Part shown: positions 47,601 to 57,491 of the stretch, in pieces | Position numbering within the stretch: the stretch's first letter is position 1 | How the letters are laid out: each line of letters opens with the position of its first letter | Source: Candidatus Hydrogenedens sp. | Lineage (GTDB): Bacteria; Hydrogenedentota; Hydrogenedentia; Hydrogenedentales; Hydrogenedentaceae | NCBI GenBank assembly: GCA_035378955.1 | Contig: DAOSUS010000001.1 | Span: 20,580-84,579 of the forward strand | Length of the DNA stretch: 64,000 nt | Reading direction: 5' to 3' | The notes under the pieces: generated by a model | The model's input: the letters and a program-made list of their open reading frames with translations, nothing else | What the model was told of the DNA's origin: nothing | Databases searched by the model: none | Program-made: the position numbers and the translations under genes

Positions 47601-49565
47601 TTATAGCCTTACAACTCTTAAAAATTCTTCAGGCGTAACAATACCTTCTTTAATTTTTTCTCTACAATGGTCTGCCATTGTTTTCATTTTTGCCGTTTGT
47701 GCAATAACTTCAGGAGTAGCACCTTCTGCAATTAACTTCCTAATTTGTGGTGTAATTTCTAATATTTCAAAAATCCCCGTTCTTCCTTTATATCCAGTGT
47801 GATAACAATTATTACATCCCTTACCGTGATACAAAGTTTTCACAGTTGTAGGCAATCCAACTTCTTTAAGTATGGAAGTGCTTGGTTTATAGGGAACTTT
47901 GCATTCTTCATAAATCTTCCTGACCAACCTTTGGGCAATAACTGCTGTTAATGCACTTGAAATGAGGTAGGAAGGTATCCCCATATTCCTTAACGTATTA
48001 ATAGCATCAGGTGCATCGTTAGTATGAAGCGTGCTGAATACAAGATGCCCTGTCATTGCAGCTCTTATGGCTATGTGTGCTGTTTCCGTATCGCGTATTT
48101 CTCCCACGAGGATAACATCTACATCCTGTCTCAAAGCGGCTCTTAAAGTATTCGCAAATGTAACATTAATATCTGGGTCTATCTGAACCTGATTAATGCC
48201 AGATAACTGATATTCTACAGGGTCTTCCAGAGTAACGATACTTTCAGTCATAACATTCTTCTGGTTTAGCGCCGCATAGAGGGTTGTTGTTTTACCGCTC
48301 CCCGTAGGTCCTGTGACAAGTATCATGCCATAAGGTTGTGCAATAAGTTTTATAAGGCGGCTTTGTTCTTTCTCCGATATACCCAAGTCGCCAATCCCTG
48401 ATAAAACAGCCGATTGGTCTAACAATCGCAATACAACACGCTCACCTAAAAATGTAGGTAATGTTGCAACTCTTATATCCAGTTCTCTTCCTTCAACTTC
48501 AAGGTTCATGTGTCCATCCTGTGGATGTCTTGTTTCTGTTATGTCAAGGTCAGAAAGTATTTTTACACGGGATACAACGGCGTTTTGCATAGAAGGAGGA
48601 ATGCTCATAACATCGTGTAATATACCATCAATACGATAACGAACACGCATTTCGGGCTCCTGAGGGTCAAGATGAATATCCGTTGCCCCTGCTTTCACCG
48701 CACCTTCAAGAATTGTTTTCACCGTATTAATAGCAGATGTCCCGGATGCTTCTTTCGCTATCTGCTCAAATCTTTTATCTACTTCATTGCTTTTCACCTC
48801 AACCTTCTTTACTTTCACATCAGCATCCATAGCCTTATCCTTTCTCTTGGGTTCTTCTACTTTCTCCACTCTTTTTACTTCTTTCATTACAGGCTTCACA
48901 TCTACATTATTGTTTTCATTAACCGATGTTATTCCTCGATACCACTTTTCTATAACAGCCGTCATATCCTCAACCGCTGTTAACATAGGGTAAATTCGTT
49001 TTCCGGTGAGTACAGATAAGTCCTTTGTCTTTTGAACATTCTGTGGTGTAGAGATAAGAACGCTCACTTTATCTCCTTCAACATATATAGGAAGTACTTG
49101 ATAACGACGAGCCAGAGCCTCTGAAATCGTGTTCAATGCGGCAGGGTCTGGTTTTACCGTTCGTATATCCACATATTCAAGATTATGTTGTTTTGCAAGT
49201 GTTTTGCTTATATCTTCTCTGGTGACATACCCAAGTTCGAGAAGAATATTTCCTAACAAACGGTTCGTTCGCTTCTGCACCCGAAGTGCTTCCTCTAACT
49301 GCCCTTTTGTAATTACACCATCATCAAGAAGAGCCATACCTAAAGATTTATGCTTTTCTTGTGTATCCTTCGAATGCCATTCATAGCGGAGGACATCCTC
49401 AATAACCGAGAAGGTAACCTTTCCCATCTGAATAAGTTGTTTATGCCAGGGAACACCGCTGGTCTTTTCTCGTTCACGGACCCTTTCTAACTCCTCCTGA
49501 GTGATATACTCACCTTTTACAAGACCTTCTGCTATCCTGTTTTCGTTGTTTCTTTCATCGGACAT
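47601..49565 (-). CDS. GspE/PilB-family secretion ATPase (type II secretion / type IV pilus assembly) with N-terminal MshEN/GspII domains
   Basis: Walker A LVTGPTGSGKTTTL, Asp and His boxes, a tetracysteine motif (CNNC...C); K/E-rich inserted linker. The likely start is the Met at 49565. Confidence 0.85.
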   Translation of the reverse strand: MSDERNNENRIAEGLVKGEYITQEELERVREREKTSGVPWHKQLIQMGKVTFSVIEDVLRYEWHSKDTQEKHKSLGMALLDDGVITKGQLEEALRVQKRTNRLLGNILLELGYVTREDISKTLAKQHNLEYVDIRTVKPDPAALNTISEALARRYQVLPIYVEGDKVSVLISTPQNVQKTKDLSVLTGKRIYPMLTAVEDMTAVIEKWYRGITSVNENNNVDVKPVMKEVKRVEKVEEPKRKDKAMDADVKVKKVEVKSNEVDKRFEQIAKEASGTSAINTVKTILEGAVKAGATDIHLDPQEPEMRVRYRIDGILHDVMSIPPSMQNAVVSRVKILSDLDITETRHPQDGHMNLEVEGRELDIRVATLPTFLGERVVLRLLDQSAVLSGIGDLGISEKEQSRLIKLIAQPYGMILVTGPTGSGKTTTLYAALNQKNVMTESIVTLEDPVEYQLSGINQVQIDPDINVTFANTLRAALRQDVDVILVGEIRDTETAHIAIRAAMTGHLVFSTLHTNDAPDAINTLRNMGIPSYLISSALTAVIAQRLVRKIYEECKVPYKPSTSILKEVGLPTTVKTLYHGKGCNNCYHTGYKGRTGIFEILEITPQIRKLIAEGATPEVIAQTAKMKTMADHCREKIKEGIVTPEEFLRVVRL

Positions 49566-49753
49566 ATTTCCTGCTCCCACATGATTACAAAACAAATTTA
49601 ATCATATCAATGGTTGTATTAAAAGAAATTATATATGCAATATACAAATTATAGAAGAAAAAAGTCAAGAATTTTTTTGTTATTATATTATCTTATTGCA
49701 AAACGGCATGAATAATCAGTAATATTCTTACAGAATTTTTATAAGGACTGGTA

Positions 49754-51568
49754 ATGAAGATACTCGGAATTTCTGCATTTTATCATGACAGTGCCGCAGC
49801 ATTACTTATTGATGGCGAAATTATCGCCGCTGCACAAGAGGAGCGGTTTACACGAAAGAAGCATGACCCGCGCTTTCCCAAAAATGCGATTGAATATTGC
49901 TTAAAAGAAGGAAATATTGGAATATCCAATATTGATTGTATCGCCTTTTACGATAAGCCTTTTCTAAAATTTGAACGATTGCTAATGACCTATCTCGGCA
50001 CTGCTCCTGCGGGTATATCCTCTTTCTTTGTTCAAATGCCCTCGTGGCTTTCTGAAAAATTAAACATGCGAGGAACCATTCGAAGAGAATTGAATTATGA
50101 AGGAGAAATATTATTTTCAACACATCACCTATCCCATGCAGCGTCCGCATTTTATCCAAGTCCCTTCGAAGAAAGTGCTATCATCACTTTAGATGGCGTT
50201 GGAGAATGGGCGACATCTGCCTATGGTATCGGTCAGGGGAATAAGATAAAGTTATTAAAGGAAATTCGTTTTCCACATTCCTTAGGATTGCTTTATTCTG
50301 CCTTTACCTATTTTACAGGTTTCAAAGTAAATAGTGGCGAATATAAATTGATGGGGCTGGCTCCTTATGGAGAACCGAAGTATGTAGATGTGATAAAGAG
50401 AGAACTTGTGGATATACATGAGGATGGTTCGTTCCGCCTCAATCTGAAATATTTTGATTACTGTGCCGGTTTGAAAATGACTAACAATCGGTTTGCTAAA
50501 CTTTTTGGTGGTCCTCCACGAAAGCCGGAATCAAAGATTACACAAAGGGAAATGGATTTAGCAAAATCCATACAAATCGTTACGGAAGAGATTGTCCTGA
50601 AAATTGCAAGACATGTGTATAAAGAAACAGGTTTGAAAAAGTTAGCCATGTCCGGCGGTGTTACACTTAATTGTGTGGCAAATGGTAGATTGTTGCGGGA
50701 AGGACCTTTTGAGGAAATCTGGATACAGCCCTGTGCCAGTGATGGAGGCAATGCGTTAGGTTGTGCTTTATTGGCGTGGCATCAAGTCTATGGCAAAGAA
50801 CGCATAGCCCACTCACGCCGACAAAAAGCCAGTTACTTAGGTCCTTCGTTTTCCGATGAGGATATTGAAAAGTTCCTAAAAGAGGAAAACATTCCTTACG
50901 AAAAACTTTCAGAAAAAGAGATTGCAACACGCGTTGCTCAACTTATAGATGAAGGGAAGGTGGTGGGTTGGTTTCAGGGGCGAATGGAATTCGGTCCGCG
51001 TGCCTTGGGAGCAAGAAGTATTTTGGGTGATGCCCGTTCTCGGGAAATGCAATCTGTGCTAAATCTTAAAATAAAATTCCGTGAATCGTTTCGTCCGTTT
51101 GCTCCTACCGTATTATACGAACATGCCGATGAGTATTTTGAACTAAATGGCGTAGAAAGTCCGTATATGTTGTTGGTTGCGAATGTTCGAAAAGAACGCC
51201 TGCGTGAACTCACAGAGGAAGAAAAGAAAGCCACAGGATTTGATAAATTAAAGGTAATTCGTTCGGACATTCCTGCGGTTACACATGTGGATAATTCTGC
51301 TCGTATACAGACCATTCGCCGAGAAGACCATCCGCGATATTATGACATGATAAAAGCCTTTTATGAAAAAACAGGGTGTCCTGTTATTATCAATACCTCT
51401 TTTAATGTTCGGGGTGAACCTATCGTATGCACACCTAAAGAAGCATATACTTGCTTTATGAGAACCAATATGGATTACCTTTGCATGGGTTCATTCCTTC
51501 TGGATAAAACAAAACAAAAACCGTGGAAAGATGAAGTGGACTGGAAAAAAGAATTTGAATTGGATTAA
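49754..51568 (+). CDS. NodU/CmcH-family carbamoyltransferase
   Basis: MKILGISAFYHDSAAALLIDGEIIAAAQEERFTRKKHD N-terminus typical of O-carbamoyltransferases; about 600 aa. Confidence 0.85.
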   Translation: MKILGISAFYHDSAAALLIDGEIIAAAQEERFTRKKHDPRFPKNAIEYCLKEGNIGISNIDCIAFYDKPFLKFERLLMTYLGTAPAGISSFFVQMPSWLSEKLNMRGTIRRELNYEGEILFSTHHLSHAASAFYPSPFEESAIITLDGVGEWATSAYGIGQGNKIKLLKEIRFPHSLGLLYSAFTYFTGFKVNSGEYKLMGLAPYGEPKYVDVIKRELVDIHEDGSFRLNLKYFDYCAGLKMTNNRFAKLFGGPPRKPESKITQREMDLAKSIQIVTEEIVLKIARHVYKETGLKKLAMSGGVTLNCVANGRLLREGPFEEIWIQPCASDGGNALGCALLAWHQVYGKERIAHSRRQKASYLGPSFSDEDIEKFLKEENIPYEKLSEKEIATRVAQLIDEGKVVGWFQGRMEFGPRALGARSILGDARSREMQSVLNLKIKFRESFRPFAPTVLYEHADEYFELNGVESPYMLLVANVRKERLRELTEEEKKATGFDKLKVIRSDIPAVTHVDNSARIQTIRREDHPRYYDMIKAFYEKTGCPVIINTSFNVRGEPIVCTPKEAYTCFMRTNMDYLCMGSFLLDKTKQKPWKDEVDWKKEFELD

Positions 51569-51573
51569 GTAAT

Positions 51574-51987
51574 ATGGCTTTAAAGATGGATTATACCGAC
51601 AAAAAAGAACAGCGTAAATTTGGTTTGCTTGTTGGTGCCGTTTTTATCATAATCGGTGCCTTACGCTGGGCTATTCATGGCTTTATTGGGATACCTTATA
51701 TATGGTGGGGTATTGGAGGAACCTTAATTCTTTTAGGTATCCTCTTCCCGAAAATCCTGCAACCTGTTTTCTTCCTGTGGATGAAATTAGCAGAAGCATT
51801 AAACTGGGTAATGACACGGCTTTTTTTGTTGGTTACTTTTTATCTTGTCATCGCTCCCATAGGTATCCTTTATCGCTTGTTTAAAGAAGACCCTTTGAAC
51901 CGCCAATGGCTTTCTAAGGATGAAACCTACTGGAATGAGGTGGAAATGCAACCTGAAAATATAGATGAATTTCGCAGGCAATTTTAA
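51574..51987 (+). CDS. Small membrane protein linked to the carbamoyltransferase (SxtJ-like?)
   Basis: 137 aa with two or three TMs, 6 nt after the carbamoyltransferase stop. Similarity to SxtJ is inferred from context only. Confidence 0.35.
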   Translation: MALKMDYTDKKEQRKFGLLVGAVFIIIGALRWAIHGFIGIPYIWWGIGGTLILLGILFPKILQPVFFLWMKLAEALNWVMTRLFLLVTFYLVIAPIGILYRLFKEDPLNRQWLSKDETYWNEVEMQPENIDEFRRQF

Positions 51988-52023
51988 TTTAACATACAAC
52001 CTAACAGGATAGGAGGTACTATT

Positions 52024-53202
52024 ATGGAACATATTGTTATTACATCAGGTATTCGCACGGCAATTGGTTCTTTCGGTGGAAGTTTAAAAGATTACCCGGC
52101 GCCTGACCTTGCAGGTCTCGTTGTAAAAGAAGCCCTTCAACGAAGTAAAGTAGAGCCGGATGCCGTCGGCGATGTGATTATTGGGCAATGCATGCAACGA
52201 ACCGATGAATTACCGACAGGTAGGCTCGCTGCCTTGAAAGCAGGTTTGCCTATCCAGGTGCCCGGTGTTACCATCCAGCGGAACTGTGCATCAGGAATGC
52301 AAGCCATTGTTTACGCGGCACAGCAAATTATGCTTGGCGATATGGACATTGCTGTAGCAGGCGGTGTAGAAATTATGAGCCGTGTCCCTTATACTGTGGA
52401 TAAAGCACGCTGGGGTATCCGCCTGCAGCATGCAACACTTGCAGATGGTGTTTGGGATGGACTTACGGATTCATGGAGCGGTCTTATTATGGGTCTGACC
52501 GCAGAAAATCTTGCAGAAAAGTATCATATTACCCGTGAGGAACAGGATACCATAGCGTTAAAATCCCACAATTGCGCTGAAAAAGCCATAAAGGAAGGAA
52601 AATTCAAGGAGGAAATTATCCCCGTCGAGATTAAAGGAAAAAAAGGAAGTGTTACCCTTTTCGAGCAGGATGAACATGTGCGTATGGGCTTAACAATAGA
52701 ACAATTAGCCTCTCTAAAGCCTTCTTTTAAGAAAGATGGCACTGTTACTGCAGGCAATGCCTCTGGTATCAATGATGCCGCGTGTGCGGTTGTTCTAATG
52801 AGTGAAAAAGAAGCCAATCGCAGGGGATTGGAACCGTTAGGTCGGCTTGTTTCATATGCCGTAGCCGGGGTTGAACCGGAACTTATGGGATATGGTCCTG
52901 TGCCCGCTACAAAGAAGGCATTAGAAAAAGCAAAAATGAAATTAGATGATATTGAACTGATAGAACTAAACGAAGCCTTTGCGGCTCAATATCTCGCATG
53001 TGAAAAATTGTTAGGTCTAAATCGTGATATTACTAATGTAAATGGTTCGGGTATCGCTTTAGGTCATCCCGTTGGTTGTACCGGTGCCCGTATTGTATTG
53101 TCTTTGCTCAATGAAATGAAACGAAGAAACCTCAAATATGGTCTCGCTACATTATGCGTCGGTGGTGGTATGGGAATGACAACAATTTGGGCACGCGACT
53201 AA
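52024..53202 (+). CDS. Acetyl-CoA C-acetyltransferase (thiolase II)
   Basis: Active-site Cys region (NRNCASGMQA), NVNGSGIALGHPVGCTGARIV C-terminal signature. Confidence 0.9.
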   Translation: MEHIVITSGIRTAIGSFGGSLKDYPAPDLAGLVVKEALQRSKVEPDAVGDVIIGQCMQRTDELPTGRLAALKAGLPIQVPGVTIQRNCASGMQAIVYAAQQIMLGDMDIAVAGGVEIMSRVPYTVDKARWGIRLQHATLADGVWDGLTDSWSGLIMGLTAENLAEKYHITREEQDTIALKSHNCAEKAIKEGKFKEEIIPVEIKGKKGSVTLFEQDEHVRMGLTIEQLASLKPSFKKDGTVTAGNASGINDAACAVVLMSEKEANRRGLEPLGRLVSYAVAGVEPELMGYGPVPATKKALEKAKMKLDDIELIELNEAFAAQYLACEKLLGLNRDITNVNGSGIALGHPVGCTGARIVLSLLNEMKRRNLKYGLATLCVGGGMGMTTIWARD

Positions 53203-53428
53203 GTTAGTGTAATTAAAATATATCCATATTTATGAATAGATAGTAACACTACCCCTTATGCCTATGATTTCTTTTTAAAATGGGCATAACCTATTAAGGT
53301 TTGAGAAAATTTATTTTTACTTTATAATATACAATATCATTCAAAACATAAAAAATTTTGGAACGAAAATAGAAAATTTTCCATAACATATTATAAGTAC
53401 ATAATAATTAAAAAATGGAATTAGACTT

Positions 53429-54916
53429 ATGAAAAACCTGCGAATTGTAGTATTTTTGTTCCTTTTTATCTGCGTCCTATCTTTATGGGTCGGTTGCACA
53501 CGAACACGCATACCCCTTACAAAAATTGAAGTCCCTATGGTGGCTGTGCCTCTACCCGAATTGCCCTTACCCTTACCCAAAATACCCTTATTGATGAGTG
53601 GTGAAGGGGATTATCGGCTATTACCATGGAAAAAGGCGTTTTATAGGCTTTGTGACCAGATTGAACGCGAGTATCCATATACAGAGTGGAAAAATATAAA
53701 TTGGGATGAGTTGCGGTCAAAATATTCGGAAAAAATAGCACAGGCAAAAGAAAAAAAGAACCGCGATGGCTACTATCTTGCCCTCCGTGAATTTATGTAT
53801 TCCATACCCGATGCCAATGTCCGTATAGAGACCCATGAATCTATTCGTGCTTCGGTTATAGGTGGTGGTTATGGCTTTGCAATGACCAAAACTGAAGATG
53901 GGGAATACATTGTTTTTTATATCCACCCAAATAGTTACGCGGACAAAGCAGGTATGAAAATCGGTGCAAAACTTTTACAGTGGAATAACAAGCCGATAGA
54001 ACAAGCCGTTCTGGAAACACCAGTTTTATGGGCAGATAATCCGCCAGCAACAAACGAAGGCAGATTATACGAGCAATGTAAACTTATGGGTAGGGCTCCG
54101 ATAGATACAGAAGTAGAAGTGTCTTTTGTAAACCCCTCACAAACGGAACCTGTGGTGGCAAAATTAAAAGCACAAAAAGACGACTATGCTACCTTACAAC
54201 TTCCTGTGTGGGATAAAGTTAGTGTTGGTCCAATGGATAGTCCATTACAGAAGAAAAAACTGGAAGAAACTTACGGCTATGTCCGTATTCTTTTCTTCTC
54301 TCCCAGTATCAACACCCCCTTTCCTGCACAAGCATTCCAAAAAATCGTTAGCGATTTTGTCCGTGATGGTGTGCCCGGTATTATCATAGACCTACGCGGA
54401 AATACAGGTGGTGACCCAGAATTAATTCCACGATTTGCAGGTTACTTCGTTGAGGAGGAAACCTTTTTACAAGACCTTGCTTTTTATAGCAAAAAGGAAA
54501 AGAGTTTTAAAGTAAGTCCAGGTGATAGGGTCGTTGTTAAACCATTTCCCATACGCTATCGGGGGAAGGTTGTTATCCTTGTTGATTATGGAACTGCAGG
54601 CTGTGCCGAAGGATTTGTTTCTGTTTTGAGTAAGCAAAAGAATGTCCAGATAATTGGAATGTGCCATACAAGAGGTGCGATGGGTGTTCCCGGCGGTGAT
54701 GTGCGTATGCCCGATGGTATCACCGTTTCGTATCCAGTGGCTCGCTCGCTGGATAAAGATGGAAATGTCCAGATTGAAGCCAATGCAAAAGGTGAAGGTG
54801 GAATTGCTCCGACAATAAGAATTCCTATCAATACGGACAATTTACAGAAAATCTTTGTAGATAAAAAAGACATTGTATTAGAACAGGCAATAGAATATCT
54901 GAAGAACAATAAATAA
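53429..54916 (+). CDS. S41-family peptidase (lipoprotein)
   Basis: Lipobox-like LSLWVGC; S41 signature IIDLRGNTGGD. Confidence 0.8.
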   Translation: MKNLRIVVFLFLFICVLSLWVGCTRTRIPLTKIEVPMVAVPLPELPLPLPKIPLLMSGEGDYRLLPWKKAFYRLCDQIEREYPYTEWKNINWDELRSKYSEKIAQAKEKKNRDGYYLALREFMYSIPDANVRIETHESIRASVIGGGYGFAMTKTEDGEYIVFYIHPNSYADKAGMKIGAKLLQWNNKPIEQAVLETPVLWADNPPATNEGRLYEQCKLMGRAPIDTEVEVSFVNPSQTEPVVAKLKAQKDDYATLQLPVWDKVSVGPMDSPLQKKKLEETYGYVRILFFSPSINTPFPAQAFQKIVSDFVRDGVPGIIIDLRGNTGGDPELIPRFAGYFVEEETFLQDLAFYSKKEKSFKVSPGDRVVVKPFPIRYRGKVVILVDYGTAGCAEGFVSVLSKQKNVQIIGMCHTRGAMGVPGGDVRMPDGITVSYPVARSLDKDGNVQIEANAKGEGGIAPTIRIPINTDNLQKIFVDKKDIVLEQAIEYLKNNK

Positions 54917-55036
54917 AGGAATTTGTCTAAAACTCCAACTTGTCCAACAGGTCTAACACATCCAGCACCCCCTTAAAAAATTTGACAATAACCCTACCTA
55001 TGTGCATTATAATAGAAAAAGACCCAAGGACCTGAT

Positions 55037-57268
55037 ATGGAGAAAATTCGGAACAACGGTTATGTCTGCTTAATTCTGATTATCTCAATTTCTCTTTTTC
55101 CCACAAATGTTTTTTCGGATGAAGCAAAACCCCAAACCGATGAAAAAACAAACGAATACTATCAGACCCTTTTGCAAGCAATAAATCTCATCAACTTTTC
55201 CCTCAATCGAATCTGTTCTACTTCAAGCATTTCTATGATAAAAGCAGAATATACCTATATCCTTAATAACATTGATTTAGATAAAGTTAATTTTCCTGAA
55301 GAAATAAAAAATACTTATCAAGAGATTATCAACTCCCTTTCCGAATTGAAAACCGCAAAAGGAAAACTATCAGAAGGAATAGACCTTTTAGAAAGGGAAC
55401 ACTATTTACGACTGGATAAACCGTCTTCTGAATTAGTGCATTCTTTGATTAATCTTCAAGAAATGAATAGGGATACCCGTCATTCCCTAATGAATTGTAG
55501 CAAAATACTATATTATCGCTGTTTGTTTGATAACCGTTTTTATAATTACGAATCGTGTAGTTACCCGCCTGATGAACTGAATGAAGAGTTTAGAAGAACT
55601 GTTTCAAGTGTTAAAAAAGAATGGATGGAAGTAATAAAACCTTATTTTTATAATCAAATTTTACCAAAATTACCCGATGCCTTGTTGGTAGAAGATAGAA
55701 TGGTTCAGTTGCTTTTAAGGAATTTCTATGCAAAGGATTTTGGTTTATGTCTGCAATCGTTTAATGACATGCAAAAGACAGAAAAGGGGATAGTTCAAAC
55801 ACCCATTTATTGGTTGTTATATGCCTTTTCAGCCAGCACAGGGAAAAATAATGAAGTAACGGAAATATGTATGGATAAGTTTTTGGAATGTTACGAAAGC
55901 GTGTTGAAAAAAGATATCTTTCTTGAAGTTATTTATATTCGTAAGTTAGAACACCTCCTCCAAAAAAATCCAGAGTTAAAAGATGAAAGTATTAATCAAA
56001 AAATGCTGGCTATTGCAGAAAATGCCTATAAATATGTTAATGACAAAAACATACTTTATAAAATCTACTTAGCCGCAATATTTTACAGACTAAATAAGAT
56101 GGAAAAAACTCAAGAAATATTATCAGGAATAAACCCGGAATTTGTAGATAAGGAAAATAGAGCTGAGTATGGATTTTATCAACTTGCCATGTATGATTTA
56201 AATCATGGTTATGATGTTTTTGACCATATGAGATTATTGGCAAAAATCCTGGAATGGGAACCTGTAAATCTTGAACAGTTAGAAGAAATAAAGGAGGCTA
56301 AAATTCCAGAAGCGTTTCTTTACTTAGGGCGTAAATATATCTATGGAAAGGAAAATAAAGACAGGGATAAAGGATTGGCATATATGGAAGAAGCCAGCGA
56401 GTTGGGAAGTGAAGAAGCAACCTCTTATCTCGCGTATAGATATATGTATGGTTATCTACCGGGAATGAAAAAAGACGAAAAGAAAGGTTTAGCATACTTT
56501 CAAAAGCTGGCAGAAAAAGGAGACCAGAAAGCCCTCTGCGAGATTGGTAGATGTTACTATATAGGAATTGCTGTTCCACAGGATTTTAATAAAGCAAAAG
56601 AATACTTTGAGAAATCTGGAAAAGATGGCAAATATTGGTTAGGATTGATGTATAGCAAAGGTGACGGTGTTCCACGAGATTATCAAAAAGCATACGAATG
56701 TTTTTATGATGTAATACGAGACGATCTTTCTTATGGTGGATATCAAAATCATTATAGTTCTTATAGTCATGAAGCAAATATGGCTATTGGAGATTTGTAT
56801 TTTACCGGGAAAATTGATGTTGTAAATTACATAAAGGCTATGGAATATTATCAGAGAGCAAGTTCTCTCCCCGAAGCACAGGTAAAAATGGGTTACATTT
56901 ACGAAAACGGCTATGAAATACAGAAGAGTTATACAAAAGCCAAAGAATGTTATGAAAAAGCAGGAAGTCAAGGAAATTTAGAAGCAATACTTCGTTTAGG
57001 CGATTTTTATCTTTATGGATTGGCAGGAAAAAAAGATTATGTATTATCTTATGCACATTATACACTGGTAATACGATTAGTAAATGAAGGAAGTGACCAT
57101 CCACAAGCCAAAGAATTAGCCCAACAAGCAGAACAGACACGCAAAAAACTCCTACCCAATATCTGGAATTTCTGGTCAGGACTAACTCCCGAGGAAATCA
57201 AAGAAGCCGAAGAACTCGCCAACTCCTGGAAGCCCTACTCCATCCTCACAAGAAAAAAAATTAAGTGA
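55037..57268 (+). CDS. Secreted Sel1-like repeat (SLR) protein
   Basis: Signal peptide; repeated Sel1 motifs (GLAYMEEASELGSEEATSYLAYRYMYG, GLAYFQKLAEKGDQKALCEIGRCYYIG, etc.). Confidence 0.75.
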   Translation: MEKIRNNGYVCLILIISISLFPTNVFSDEAKPQTDEKTNEYYQTLLQAINLINFSLNRICSTSSISMIKAEYTYILNNIDLDKVNFPEEIKNTYQEIINSLSELKTAKGKLSEGIDLLEREHYLRLDKPSSELVHSLINLQEMNRDTRHSLMNCSKILYYRCLFDNRFYNYESCSYPPDELNEEFRRTVSSVKKEWMEVIKPYFYNQILPKLPDALLVEDRMVQLLLRNFYAKDFGLCLQSFNDMQKTEKGIVQTPIYWLLYAFSASTGKNNEVTEICMDKFLECYESVLKKDIFLEVIYIRKLEHLLQKNPELKDESINQKMLAIAENAYKYVNDKNILYKIYLAAIFYRLNKMEKTQEILSGINPEFVDKENRAEYGFYQLAMYDLNHGYDVFDHMRLLAKILEWEPVNLEQLEEIKEAKIPEAFLYLGRKYIYGKENKDRDKGLAYMEEASELGSEEATSYLAYRYMYGYLPGMKKDEKKGLAYFQKLAEKGDQKALCEIGRCYYIGIAVPQDFNKAKEYFEKSGKDGKYWLGLMYSKGDGVPRDYQKAYECFYDVIRDDLSYGGYQNHYSSYSHEANMAIGDLYFTGKIDVVNYIKAMEYYQRASSLPEAQVKMGYIYENGYEIQKSYTKAKECYEKAGSQGNLEAILRLGDFYLYGLAGKKDYVLSYAHYTLVIRLVNEGSDHPQAKELAQQAEQTRKKLLPNIWNFWSGLTPEEIKEAEELANSWKPYSILTRKKIK

Positions 57269-57329
57269 GTATAAAATATCATTCACAAATAAGATAGAAA
57301 AATAAGGAAGTGAGAGCGTAAAATCTTTC

Positions 57330-57467
57330 GCCCCATTCCCCCCATTCGTCCCATAGTCCCCTATGTCCCATGTGTCTCATAGTCCCATTCGTCCCACAGT
57401 CCCATCAGTCCCATTCGTCCCATGGTCCCATTCGTCCCACAGTCCCATAGTCCCATTCGTCCCATAT
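57330..57467. repeat. GC-rich tandem repeat of a degenerate 8-9 bp unit (GTCCCATTC / GTCCCACAG / GTCCCATAG), about 16 copies
   Basis: Read directly: ...CCCCATTCGTCCCATAGTCCC...TCCCATTCGTCCCACAGTCCCATAGTCCCATTCGTCCCATAT, in the convergent intergenic region. Confidence 0.8.
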
Positions 57468-57491
57468 ATACCAATGATCGAATATCTGTGG

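Noticed and set aside
54982-55013. TTGACA ... TATAAT promoter-like pair upstream of the Sel1 gene
   Set aside because: The spacer is 19-20 bp, which is too long for a confident sigma70 call. It is kept only as a note because it overlaps a TACCTATGT motif.
57330-57467. Possible CRISPR array
   Set aside because: The unit is only 8-9 bp and contiguous with no spacers, so it is a microsatellite-type tandem repeat. No cas genes are present in the window.
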